Under the pieces are notes generated by a model. That model ran no database searches. It was given only the letters and a program-made list of their open reading frames with translations, and was not told the origin of the DNA. From NCBI GenBank assembly GCA_964392865.1, contig CAYMRJ010000003.1:24591-88590 (forward strand): a stretch of 64,000 nucleotides of DNA. The letters are read 5' to 3'. Positions 35,474-45,945 of this stretch are shown piece by piece (position 1 is the stretch's first letter; each line of letters opens with the position of its first letter). The position numbers and the translations under genes were made by a program. This DNA comes from an uncultured Staphylococcaceae bacterium (lineage in GTDB: Bacteria > Bacillota_I > Bacilli_A > RFN20 > CAG-826).

Positions 35474-37198
35474 TTAGCGTTGGCGCTCGCTCGGCCTTAG
35501 GGTCGCAACCTGCTCGGCGCTGGCCTCGGCCCTGATGTAGTCGCCGGCGAAATAGAAGGCCTCGGCCTGCTGCAAGAGGCCTTCGGCCCCGGGATAGCTC
35601 CTCCGGTTGCGGTTGGCGATGACGATGGCCTTTTCGGCCGCAAGCCTCGCCGTATCGAGGGCATCGATCTCGTTGAAGAGCTGAGTGCCGAGATCGAGGG
35701 TCTTGTTCTTGGCCTCGGTCGCCGCTTCGACGTCGATCGGAGCGCGGGAGAGGATGTCATGGAGTTCGTCTAAGTGGGCGTATTCCTCGTCGATCCTCGA
35801 TTCGTAGAGTTCGAGGAGGCGCTGGCAGTGCATGGCCCTAAGGCAAGCTTCGGCATTGCGGAGCCTTTCGTGGAAGGACTTGAGGACCTCGGAGGCGCTG
35901 GAAGCCCCTTCCTTGAGGCTATTGAGGTAATTCTGGAATTCTTCGATGGCGCGGTGGGCCGATTGGCTCTCTTGGCTTAGGGAGCGGGCCTTGTCCTGGA
36001 GGACGCTATAGGGCTGCTTGGCGGCGCTATGGACATAGGTATCGAGATTGCGCTTGGTGGCTTGGCAATCGGTGACGGCCTTATCCAAGGCCGCGAAGGC
36101 ATCTTCGGCCTTGGGGGTGATGACGTAGATCTCCCTGATCTTCGGCATGGCCTGGCGGAGGTCGAGGTACTTCTCGCTTACCATCTCGCTTTCGCGGTAG
36201 GCCCCTTGGAAGACATCCATGAAGGATTCCTTGGCCCCGGCTTCCCTTTCGAAGCCTTCCATCGTCATCTCGATGCGGTCGAGGAGGCGGTTGGCCGCTT
36301 CCTTGACGCCCCTTAGTTCGTAATTGGAAGCCTTGACGGAAAGCTCCTTGACCTGGGCCCGCATCTTGGAGGGTTCTTCCCTTCCGAGGAGATGGCCCAA
36401 GGGATAGTTCTTGGAGGTTAGTTCGCGGTAGCGCTCTTCGAGTTGGTCGATCTTCGTCGGAAGGACCCTAGTCAAAGTGATGCAGGTCGTCGGGAGATCG
36501 ACGAAGGAATCGGTCAAGGCCTTGAGGACCGGCTCGATCTTGCGCTCGAGGATATGGCGGGCATCGCTATATTTGGCATCGTCGACCAATTCGTTGGCCT
36601 CGGCGATGAGGTTTTCGAGTTTGCCGTAGGCCTTGAGGAAATTCTCGGCCACGAGTTCGAGATCCCCGGCTTTTGCATTGTACGAGGAGCGGAGATTGCG
36701 GAGATTTTCCTGTAGCGAAAGGATTAATGATTTGCAGGCATCTTCGTCCGCGAACTTCTCGGAAAGCCCCTTATCCAAAGACTCGACGGCCTCTTCGAAG
36801 GCCTGGACGGCTTTCCTGGCTTCGGGAATGTATTCCTTGGCTTCCCGGTAATGTCCGTCGTTTAGGTAATCGCGGAGATTGTTGATGGCGGTGATGGCGG
36901 CGGCGTCTTTAAGATCGCGGACATCGCTATAGCGCTTCTTCCAGGTCTGGTAGTCGTCGACGTAGGTGAGGTTCATCCCCGAAATCGATTCGAGGCGGGC
37001 AAGGTATTGGGCATCGGCCCCGAAAAGGACGGCGTGCCTTCTTTCGTAGCGGGCTTCGAGATCATTGACGTTCTTCTTGATCCGCACCCTCCCGAAGAAA
37101 AGGAAATAGACGGCGAGCCCGATAGCGATGAGGACGAGGACGACCCCTCCGATTATCAGGCCGATCGCAAGGCCGGAGATGAGCAAAGGCAGGTTCAT
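35474..37198 (-). CDS. ezrA: septation ring formation regulator EzrA
   Basis: 574 aa from the ATG at 37198. An N-terminal TM anchor (MNLPLLISGLAIGLIIGGVVLVLIAIGLAV) is followed by a long coiled-coil protein. It sits next to nifZ/thiI as in B. subtilis. Confidence 0.8.
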   Translation of the reverse strand: MNLPLLISGLAIGLIIGGVVLVLIAIGLAVYFLFFGRVRIKKNVNDLEARYERRHAVLFGADAQYLARLESISGMNLTYVDDYQTWKKRYSDVRDLKDAAAITAINNLRDYLNDGHYREAKEYIPEARKAVQAFEEAVESLDKGLSEKFADEDACKSLILSLQENLRNLRSSYNAKAGDLELVAENFLKAYGKLENLIAEANELVDDAKYSDARHILERKIEPVLKALTDSFVDLPTTCITLTRVLPTKIDQLEERYRELTSKNYPLGHLLGREEPSKMRAQVKELSVKASNYELRGVKEAANRLLDRIEMTMEGFEREAGAKESFMDVFQGAYRESEMVSEKYLDLRQAMPKIREIYVITPKAEDAFAALDKAVTDCQATKRNLDTYVHSAAKQPYSVLQDKARSLSQESQSAHRAIEEFQNYLNSLKEGASSASEVLKSFHERLRNAEACLRAMHCQRLLELYESRIDEEYAHLDELHDILSRAPIDVEAATEAKNKTLDLGTQLFNEIDALDTARLAAEKAIVIANRNRRSYPGAEGLLQQAEAFYFAGDYIRAEASAEQVATLRPSERQR

Positions 37199-37228
37199 AC
37201 GGGCATAGTCTAAATAAGATTTAGACCC

Positions 37229-37257
37229 TTGCCCATAGGCAAATCCTCCATTAGAAT
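37229..37257 (+). promoter_or_regulatory. candidate rpsD promoter TTGCCC-N17-TAGAAT
   Basis: Hexamers read directly from the sequence, about 140 nt upstream of the rpsD ATG. Confidence 0.5.
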
Positions 37258-37264
37258 TGCCCTC

Positions 37265-37397
37265 GCGTCGGCAACAGGCGCCCATGGCCCCGCCAGACGT
37301 CCGCCATTAATTGAGTAAGCCCAGTTGCAGGGCTGAAAGGCGGACACCCGGGGGTCGGAGAGCGTCCCTGTCTTTGCACGCAAAGAAAGGAAAGCAT
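37265..37397 (+). promoter_or_regulatory. structured rpsD 5' leader (candidate S4 autoregulatory element)
   Basis: Nested helices GTCCGCC (37299-37305) / GGCGGAC (37339-37345) and AGCCC (37318-37322) / GGGCT (37330-37334). S4 autoregulation via its leader is known in Bacillus. Confidence 0.4.
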
Positions 37398-38006
37398 ATG
37401 AGCAAATTCACAGGCAGCAAATGGAAGCAGAGCCGCCATTTGCAGTTCTCGCTCCTCGAGACGGGCGACGAACTCAAGAAAAGGCCCTACGGACCCGGCC
37501 AGCACGGGGCCGACCGCAAGAGGAAGAGTTCCGAATACGGCGTCCAGCTCCTCGAAAAGCAGAAGCTTAGGAACCTCTATGGCGTGAACGAACGCCAGTT
37601 CCGCCGCCTCTTCATCCTCGCTAAGAAAGACAAGACCACCGTTACCGGCCTTGCCTTCTTCCGGATCCTCGAAAGCCGCCTCGATAATCTCGTCTACCGC
37701 ATGGGCTTCGCCCGCACCAGGGCCGGGGCCAGGCAGCTCGTCAACCACGGCCATATCACCGTGAACGGCAAGAAGGTCGATATCCCGAGCTACATCTGCA
37801 GCATCAACGACGTCATCGGCTTCAAGGAAGCCTCTCCCCTCAAGGTCGTCAAGGAAAGCCTCGAAGGAAAGCCCAGCATCCCGAACTACGTGAGCGTCGA
37901 TGCCGAGAACTACAAGGGCACGTATCTGCGCTATCCCGAAAGGAACGAACTCCCCAAGGACATCGCCGAGAGCCAGATCATCGAGTTCTACAACCGCAAG
38001 CTCTAA
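37398..38006 (+). CDS. rpsD: 30S ribosomal protein S4
   Basis: 202 aa from the ATG at 37398 (MSKFTGSKWKQSRHL...). AAAGGAAAG lies upstream. Confidence 0.95.
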   Translation: MSKFTGSKWKQSRHLQFSLLETGDELKKRPYGPGQHGADRKRKSSEYGVQLLEKQKLRNLYGVNERQFRRLFILAKKDKTTVTGLAFFRILESRLDNLVYRMGFARTRAGARQLVNHGHITVNGKKVDIPSYICSINDVIGFKEASPLKVVKESLEGKPSIPNYVSVDAENYKGTYLRYPERNELPKDIAESQIIEFYNRKL

Positions 38007-38023
38007 TCCAAAAAAAACAAAGA

Positions 38024-38054
38024 GAGGGCCGCGTTTACGCGGCCTTTTCTTTTG
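38024..38054 (+). terminator. intrinsic terminator after rpsD
   Basis: GGCCGCG-ttta-CGCGGCC is followed by TTTTCTTTT. Confidence 0.8.
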
Positions 38055-38145
38055 CTTTGAACCTTTCGGAGGCCTGCTTGAATTTAATGCTTGACCTTCT
38101 TCCCCGTTTTGGGAAATTTTCCGCGACTTAGGAGGTCATGCATAA

Positions 38146-40770
38146 ATGGCAAACACCAAGATAAGGCTCCTGGGGCTAGCGGCCATGTTGGCTCTGGCCG
38201 GCTGCGGGGGCGCAACTGGAGAGGGGGGGGCTTCGAGCGAAGAAGATAGCGTAAGCGAAATTTCTTCCGAAAGCTCCGATACCCCGATCGAATCGGATTC
38301 GTCCGATAGCCCGGAAGAGACTTCATCTTCCACCTCGAGCGTCATCCAGACCGTCTACGAAGTCGGCGACATGACGTTCGAACTCGACGATTCGGGCGAA
38401 TTCCTCATCCTCACCCAAGTAACGCCCGGAAGCGAAACCCTCGAAATCCCGGAGTCCATCAACGGAATCCCCGTCAAGGAAATCGCCTCTGGCCTGGCCC
38501 TTACGGAAAATACGACCGTCAAGACCCTCATCGTCCCCGATAGCGTCGAAACGATCGGCTCCTTGGCCTTCTCCATCTTTACCGCTCTGGAGGAAATGAC
38601 CCTTCCTTTCATCGGGCAGACGATCGAAAGCACGACGGCCACGATGTCATACCTCTTCGGAGGAACCGGCTACGGGGTCAATTCGCTCTACGTCCCCGAC
38701 ACCCTGACGAAGATCACCGTCACCAAAGGCGATGCCAACGAACGCTGCTTCTGGGGCCTGACGTCCCTCCAATCGGTTAGCATCGGCGGCAGCACGATCA
38801 GGGAATACGCCTTCTATGGCTGCACCGGCTTGACCGAAGTCATCTTCACCGGCGAAGTAACCGAGATCCAAAGCTATGCCTTCCAAGCCTGCACCTCGCT
38901 CGTCGATTTCGATCTTCCCTCGACCCTCGTAACCCTTGAGTCATATGCCCTATGGAATACGGCTCTCACGTCCTTGACCATTCCCGCGGGCCTAAACGAA
39001 TTCGTCTTCCATAACGAAATCCCCACCCTAGCCAGCATCGGCGTTGCCGAAGGCAATGAGACCTACGCTTCCGTCGACGGCGTCCTCTTTACCAAGGACC
39101 TATCGACCATCGTCACATATCCCAGAGCCAAGGAAGGCACGACCTACGACATTCCGGACGGAACGACGGTGATAGGCGATCGGGCTTTCTATAACACGAC
39201 CTATCTCGAAGAAGTCGATCTCGCTGGCATAACATCCATCGGGACCCAAGCCTTCTACAATGGAAGCATCAAAAGGGTCTCCTTGCCTACTACCTGCACC
39301 GAAATCGGACGGACCGCCTTTAGTACGCTCACGCTAGAAAGCTTCGAGTTCGCAGAAACGCTCGAAGGAGCAGACGAGCTGACCCTCAACCCGTTCTTCA
39401 TGTCTTCGACGACAGGCCTAACATCCATCACCTTCCCCGAGTACGTGAAGGAAATCCCCGATTACGCCCTCAGCGGCTGCGAAACCCTAACGGAAATCAA
39501 CATCGAAGGGACGCTTCGCCGCATCGGCTACGTCGCCTTCGCCAGTACTTCGATCACCACGCTAACGGTAACGCTCGAAAGAGACGCCACCATCGGCGAG
39601 AGGATCTTCAATAACTGCCCCTACCTGACGACCTTCTACATCAAGCTCGCCGACGGCGGGACGGGATATCCGACCTTCGAGGACGAAACCGGCTTCGGAA
39701 GCAACGTCCCCTCCATCGTCGTCGAAGACCAGGAAACGGCCGACGGTCTCTCGGAGGCTTGGAGCCAATACGCTTCCTACATCTCCACCGAGTCTACCGA
39801 CTTCGTCATCGAAGACGGCATCCTAGAGGCCTATAACGGGACCGACGGAACCGTCGTCATCCCCGACGGCGTCACGGGCATTGCCGCCCAGGCTTTCAGC
39901 AATTCCGGGATCATCGAGCATATCACGGTTCCCTCAAGCGTCGAGACGATCGGCTATCGGGCCTTCTATTACTGCGAAAGCCTGGTTTCCGTGACCTTCG
40001 AGCACGAAAGCTTCGAGGACTTCTCTCTACTAAATTCCTCTGGCACCGCGGTAACGAACGGATTCAGCAACGTCTTCACCGGGATCTATCCTGCCTACCT
40101 CTTCCAAAGCGAAGACGCCAAGGCTTCCTTCATCACGGCAACCGGAGCAGGCGTCCTCTACCAAAGGACCTTCTACATCGAGAGCGAAACGAAGATCGAG
40201 GGAAACGAAGTCTATAGCGCCGATGGCACATCTCTATTGAAGAGCATCACGGGTGCCGCCGAATACGCCGTGGAAGACGGCGTCACCGAAATCGGGGCCT
40301 ACGCCTTCTACAACGACGAGACTCTGACGAGCATCGATTTCAACGGTGTCGAGACCATCGGGAACTACGCTTTCAACAAAGCGGGCCTTACTTCCCTATT
40401 CCTCGGCGAAAAGATCGGTTCGATCGGCTCAAGCGCATTCTCCGACTGCGAAAGCCTCGAAACCGTCGTCATCGAAGGCCCGGCGGAAATCGGAAGCAGC
40501 GCCTTTGCCGAATGCGAATCAATCGACGCCTTCGACTTCGGCGACAATACCGTCTCGATCGGAAATGCGGCCTTTACCAACGCCTTCGACGGCCTGAATT
40601 CGGTAATCCTTCCTGCCAGCATGGAAAATATCGCCGAAAGCGCCTTCGAAGATTCCGGGGCCAGCACGGCCTACTGCTGCTTCTCCGAAGAGTATGCCAG
40701 CAACACCTTCGATGACGGGACCGCATTCGCGGATTACATAAACGCCATCTACGATTACGTTCCGGAATAA
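38146..40770 (+). CDS. surface lipoprotein with BspA-type leucine-rich repeats
   Basis: 874 aa with a signal peptide and lipobox (LALAGC) and an acidic/Ser-rich linker. Many repeats follow, of the form IPDSV..IG..AF..C..L..V. AGGAGG lies upstream. Confidence 0.8.
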   Translation: MANTKIRLLGLAAMLALAGCGGATGEGGASSEEDSVSEISSESSDTPIESDSSDSPEETSSSTSSVIQTVYEVGDMTFELDDSGEFLILTQVTPGSETLEIPESINGIPVKEIASGLALTENTTVKTLIVPDSVETIGSLAFSIFTALEEMTLPFIGQTIESTTATMSYLFGGTGYGVNSLYVPDTLTKITVTKGDANERCFWGLTSLQSVSIGGSTIREYAFYGCTGLTEVIFTGEVTEIQSYAFQACTSLVDFDLPSTLVTLESYALWNTALTSLTIPAGLNEFVFHNEIPTLASIGVAEGNETYASVDGVLFTKDLSTIVTYPRAKEGTTYDIPDGTTVIGDRAFYNTTYLEEVDLAGITSIGTQAFYNGSIKRVSLPTTCTEIGRTAFSTLTLESFEFAETLEGADELTLNPFFMSSTTGLTSITFPEYVKEIPDYALSGCETLTEINIEGTLRRIGYVAFASTSITTLTVTLERDATIGERIFNNCPYLTTFYIKLADGGTGYPTFEDETGFGSNVPSIVVEDQETADGLSEAWSQYASYISTESTDFVIEDGILEAYNGTDGTVVIPDGVTGIAAQAFSNSGIIEHITVPSSVETIGYRAFYYCESLVSVTFEHESFEDFSLLNSSGTAVTNGFSNVFTGIYPAYLFQSEDAKASFITATGAGVLYQRTFYIESETKIEGNEVYSADGTSLLKSITGAAEYAVEDGVTEIGAYAFYNDETLTSIDFNGVETIGNYAFNKAGLTSLFLGEKIGSIGSSAFSDCESLETVVIEGPAEIGSSAFAECESIDAFDFGDNTVSIGNAAFTNAFDGLNSVILPASMENIAESAFEDSGASTAYCCFSEEYASNTFDDGTAFADYINAIYDYVPE
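38223..38230 (+). repeat. homopolymeric G8 tract in codons 26-29 of the LRR lipoprotein gene
   Basis: It reads gaGGGGGGGGct. I noticed no comparably long G/C run elsewhere in the window. Confidence 0.95.
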
Positions 40771-40796
40771 TCCGTTCCGCAATTCCTGATAACGAG

Positions 40797-40824
40797 AAAA
40801 GGCTGCCTTGGGGGCAGCCTTTTC
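40797..40824. terminator. bidirectional intrinsic terminator between the convergent LRR and lipoprotein genes
   Basis: AAAAGGCTGCC-ttgg-GGCAGCCTTTT. Confidence 0.8.
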
Positions 40825-40856
40825 GCAAAGAGAAAGGAGGAAAGGGGTGAAGAGGC

Positions 40857-41960
40857 TTAGAAAAGACCGGAAACGGTGTAGTCAACGTCTTCGCCGATTT
40901 CCGGAATGGCCGGGGATTGCCCGGGGAAATAGGCGATTTCCATCGTTGCTTCGGTGTCGGCGTTGAAGGTCATCTTGGCTTGGTAGTACTCATGGATGCT
41001 TGCGGAAATGGGATTCAGCTGGGCATCGAGGGTGTAGGTGATGAGGCTATAGTAGAAGGTCGGCTCGTCATCGAGGCTCGAAAGGGTCTTCATCTGCTTC
41101 TTGTAGTTGGCGACCCCGCCGACGGTATCCAGGTTGATGAAGACGGTATAGGTCCCGTCATCGTTTTGGGAAGCGCTGGAAACGCTGGTGCCTTCGTAGC
41201 AATCCTCTTCTTCCGTGATGATGGTGCTCTTGGTTTCACCGTCGATGGTATAGGTCCCGAAGAAGTAATTGCCGAAGTGGGTCAGATCCCAGCCCCAATC
41301 GGCGGCGTATTCATCGGAGGTCATGGAACTAGAGTCGCCCCAGGAGGCGCTGGTCGGATAGTAGTCGGAATTGACATCGACGTCGGTGGATGTGTGGAGG
41401 GTTACGTCGTTACCCGTCTGATAGGCTCTGGCGGCCACGGGGACGAAGCCATAGGACATCTGTTCGCTGAAATAGTCGTCACCGACCTTCATGCCGCTGG
41501 AACTGATCCATTGTGGAATGAGACTAAGGGCCAAGGCATAGCCTTTGCAGTACCAGGAATTGTTCTCATTCTGGCTCCAGAGGTATTCGACGACGGCCAT
41601 GATTTCGGAGATGCTCAGGACTTCGGTCAGGTCGGTTCCTTCCCTAAGGCCAAGAACATATTTCCTAAGAATGGGATCGTCCGGAAGGTCGTCTTCTACC
41701 GAATCGTCACTGTTTTCATCGGCATCGATGTCCTGATCGCCGTCGATATCGCTGGTGCCAGTATCGGAAGATTGGGATGTGCTTTCTGATTCGCTCGAAG
41801 AATCGGCGACCGAAATGATGGGATCGGTATTCAATTCGATCGAGTAGGAAGAGCTCTCGTCGCTGCTTCCGCAGGCGGATAAGAGCAGGGCGCCGGCGCT
41901 TAGAAGGCAGATGCCGGCGAGGGGCGACTTACGGCCCCGGGTGGTCACTTGGTTTTTCAT
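40857..41960 (-). CDS. lipoprotein of unknown family with acidic Asp/Ser/Glu-rich linker
   Basis: From the ATG at 41960 the protein begins MKNQVTTRGRKSPLAGICLLSAGALLLSAC, with a lipobox. The ORF also opens from a GTG at 41996. I recognise no family motifs. Confidence 0.6.
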   Translation of the reverse strand: MKNQVTTRGRKSPLAGICLLSAGALLLSACGSSDESSSYSIELNTDPIISVADSSSESESTSQSSDTGTSDIDGDQDIDADENSDDSVEDDLPDDPILRKYVLGLREGTDLTEVLSISEIMAVVEYLWSQNENNSWYCKGYALALSLIPQWISSSGMKVGDDYFSEQMSYGFVPVAARAYQTGNDVTLHTSTDVDVNSDYYPTSASWGDSSSMTSDEYAADWGWDLTHFGNYFFGTYTIDGETKSTIITEEEDCYEGTSVSSASQNDDGTYTVFINLDTVGGVANYKKQMKTLSSLDDEPTFYYSLITYTLDAQLNPISASIHEYYQAKMTFNADTEATMEIAYFPGQSPAIPEIGEDVDYTVSGLF

Positions 41961-42003
41961 ACGGGGCCATGTTAGTCCCGGAGTCTTCAGGGTCACCCTA
42001 CTT

Positions 42004-42071
42004 CTCTACCAAAAACAGTAGAGTCTCTCTATTTGATAGAGAATTGGCATTTTTTCTCTACTCAGAGTAGA
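42004..42071. promoter_or_regulatory. three palindromic sites with CTCTA/TAGAG arms (candidate XRE operators)
   Basis: CTCTAC-N8-GTAGAG at 42004-42023, TCTCTAT-ttg-ATAGAGA at 42026-42042 and TCTACTC-a-GAGTAGA at 42057-42071. Confidence 0.55.
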
Positions 42072-42073
42072 AT
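42044..42073 (+). promoter_or_regulatory. candidate promoter TTGGCA-N18-TAGAAT, -10 ending 7 nt before the ATG (leaderless-type)
   Basis: The third palindrome overlaps the spacer and the -10. No Shine-Dalgarno precedes the ATG at 42081. Confidence 0.5.
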
Positions 42074-42080
42074 TCGGCCC

Positions 42081-42674
42081 ATGAACGAGACCGAAACTCT
42101 GGCCCAGACGGTTGCCGGCAACCTCGTGGCCCTAAGGAAGGCCAAGGGGCTGACCCAGCAGGAACTAAGCGACATATTGCGCTATAGCGACAAGAGCGTT
42201 TCGAAGTGGGAAAGGGGCGCTTCCCTGCCTCGCATCGAGGTCATGAAAGAGCTGGCCGACTTCTACGGCGTGACGGTTGATTATCTTCTTGTTCCCCATA
42301 GCGATTCCGAAGCGGTACTAACAAGCAAGCAAGCCCTTAGGAAGGCCAACTGGATCATCACCGCGGCCATGCTCTTCTTCCTCGCTTGGACCCTTGCCGC
42401 CATCATCTACGGCGCCCTCGATGCGCAGGAAATCGAAAGGCCTTGGCTCGTCTTTGTCTTCGCCGTGCCCTGTTCCATCGCCCCGATCGTCTTGATGATC
42501 AAGCGCTACATCGGAAAACACTCGGGTTTGTTCCTAATCACCGCGAGCGTCTTCCTATGGACGATGCTCGCGGCCTTCTTCCTCTATTTTCTGGAAATGA
42601 ATCTCTGGTACATCTTCGTCGCGGGGATTCCGATGCAGATAGTCATCTACCTATATACGAAGCTTCAGTCCTAG
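42081..42674 (+). CDS. membrane-tethered XRE-family (HTH_3) transcriptional regulator
   Basis: 197 aa from the ATG at 42081. The HTH segment LRKAKGLTQQELSDILRYSDKSVSKWERG is followed by about 4 hydrophobic helices. Confidence 0.75.
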   Translation: MNETETLAQTVAGNLVALRKAKGLTQQELSDILRYSDKSVSKWERGASLPRIEVMKELADFYGVTVDYLLVPHSDSEAVLTSKQALRKANWIITAAMLFFLAWTLAAIIYGALDAQEIERPWLVFVFAVPCSIAPIVLMIKRYIGKHSGLFLITASVFLWTMLAAFFLYFLEMNLWYIFVAGIPMQIVIYLYTKLQS

Positions 42675-43921
42675 AGTTCGCCGAGGCAGTAGTTCTTCTT
42701 GCCCCTGCGAATGATGAGATAGCGCCCGTAAAGGGCGTTTTCCTTATCGATGACCATCGCCGGATCGGCGATCTTCTCGCCATTTAAGGCGATGCTGTTC
42801 TGCTTGATGAGCGTCTTGGCTTCGGTTTTGCTCGCAGCGGCTCCCACAGCGACAAGGACGGTCAGGATGTCCGAGCCGGCCTCAACCTCCTTCTTCATAT
42901 TCCCGAGGACGTCTTCGATCTGGCTTTCACTGAGATTGCGGACATCGCCGGAGAAGAAAGCCGCGGTGGTATCGAGAGCGTCCTTGAGCCCTTCTTCCCC
43001 GTGGATGAGGCGGGTGACTTCTTCGGCGAGCTTCTTCTGGGCGATCCTCGCCCCGGGATTCTCGGCGTGTTCCTTGGCCACGAATTCGATTTCCTCGTGG
43101 CTGAGGAAAGTGAAGACCTTGAGATACCTGACGGCGTCTTCGTCGGTGCAGTTGATGAAGTACTGGTAGAGCTTATAGGGCGAAGTGAGCTTCGCATCGA
43201 GGAACAGGGCCCCGTCTTCGCTTTTGCCGAACTTCTTCCCGTCGCTCCTGGTGATGAGGTGGGCGGTCAAGGCCCCGGCCTCGACTTCGTCGCCATCGAG
43301 TTTCCGGATGAGCTCGAGGCCGCTCGTGAGATTGCCCCACTGGTCGTTTCCGCCTAGCTGGAGACGGCAATCGTATTCGTGGAGCAAATGGTAGAAGTCG
43401 ATGCTCTGGAGGATCTGATAGGAGAATTCGGTGAAGGAAATCCCGGCATCGAGGCGGCTGGAGACGATTTCCTTGGCCAGCATGTAGTTGATCGGGAAGC
43501 ACTTCCCGTAATCGCGGAGAAAATCGACCATCGGCATATGGCCGAGCCAGTCGTAATTGTTGAGGATAATGCCTTTTTGCGGGTCTTCTAGGTCCAAGAA
43601 CCTCTCCAATTGGGCCTTGATGGCCTCGGTATTGGCCTTCAACGCCTCAGGTGTCTGGAGGTTTCTTTCCTTGCTCTTGCCGCTAGGGTCTCCGATCATC
43701 CCGGTGGCCCCGCCGACGACGGCGATGATCCTGTGGCCCGCCTGCTGAAAGCGCATGAGAAGCGAAATCATCACGAAGTTCCCAAGGTGCATGGAAGAAG
43801 CGCTCGGGTCGAAGCCGCAATAGACGGTGGTAGGTTTGGAAAGGATCCGCTCGATCTTCTCCTTATCGCTATACTGGGCGATGAGCCCGCGGTAGTTCAA
43901 ATCTTCGATGATGTTCTTCAT
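42671..43921 (-). CDS. tyrS: tyrosine--tRNA ligase
   Basis: 416 aa with class I HLGN (SMHLGNF), KFGKS and a C-terminal S4-like domain. Confidence 0.95.
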   Translation of the reverse strand: MKNIIEDLNYRGLIAQYSDKEKIERILSKPTTVYCGFDPSASSMHLGNFVMISLLMRFQQAGHRIIAVVGGATGMIGDPSGKSKERNLQTPEALKANTEAIKAQLERFLDLEDPQKGIILNNYDWLGHMPMVDFLRDYGKCFPINYMLAKEIVSSRLDAGISFTEFSYQILQSIDFYHLLHEYDCRLQLGGNDQWGNLTSGLELIRKLDGDEVEAGALTAHLITRSDGKKFGKSEDGALFLDAKLTSPYKLYQYFINCTDEDAVRYLKVFTFLSHEEIEFVAKEHAENPGARIAQKKLAEEVTRLIHGEEGLKDALDTTAAFFSGDVRNLSESQIEDVLGNMKKEVEAGSDILTVLVAVGAAASKTEAKTLIKQNSIALNGEKIADPAMVIDKENALYGRYLIIRRGKKNYCLGEL

Positions 43922-43928
43922 GGCGAAA

Positions 43929-43937
43929 ATACTAGCA
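43929..43937 (-). promoter_or_regulatory. extended -10 (TGcTAGTAT) 7 nt upstream of the tyrS ATG
   Basis: The minus strand reads TTATGCTAGTATTTTCGCCATG. There is no Shine-Dalgarno and no room for a T-box. Confidence 0.45.
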
Positions 43938-43947
43938 TAAGGAAGCG

Positions 43948-43972
43948 CAAAAAAGAGGCCCTAAGGCCTCTC
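43948..43972 (-). terminator. intrinsic terminator after groEL
   Basis: The minus strand reads AGAGGCC-ttag-GGCCTCT followed by TTTTTTG. Confidence 0.8.
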
Positions 43973-43994
43973 TTCTATTTCGGTGCTTGAGGAA

Positions 43995-45909
<1,915 letters not shown>

Positions 45910-45945
45910 CTTTTTCCTCCTCCTTCTTCTACTGTATCCGTGGCA

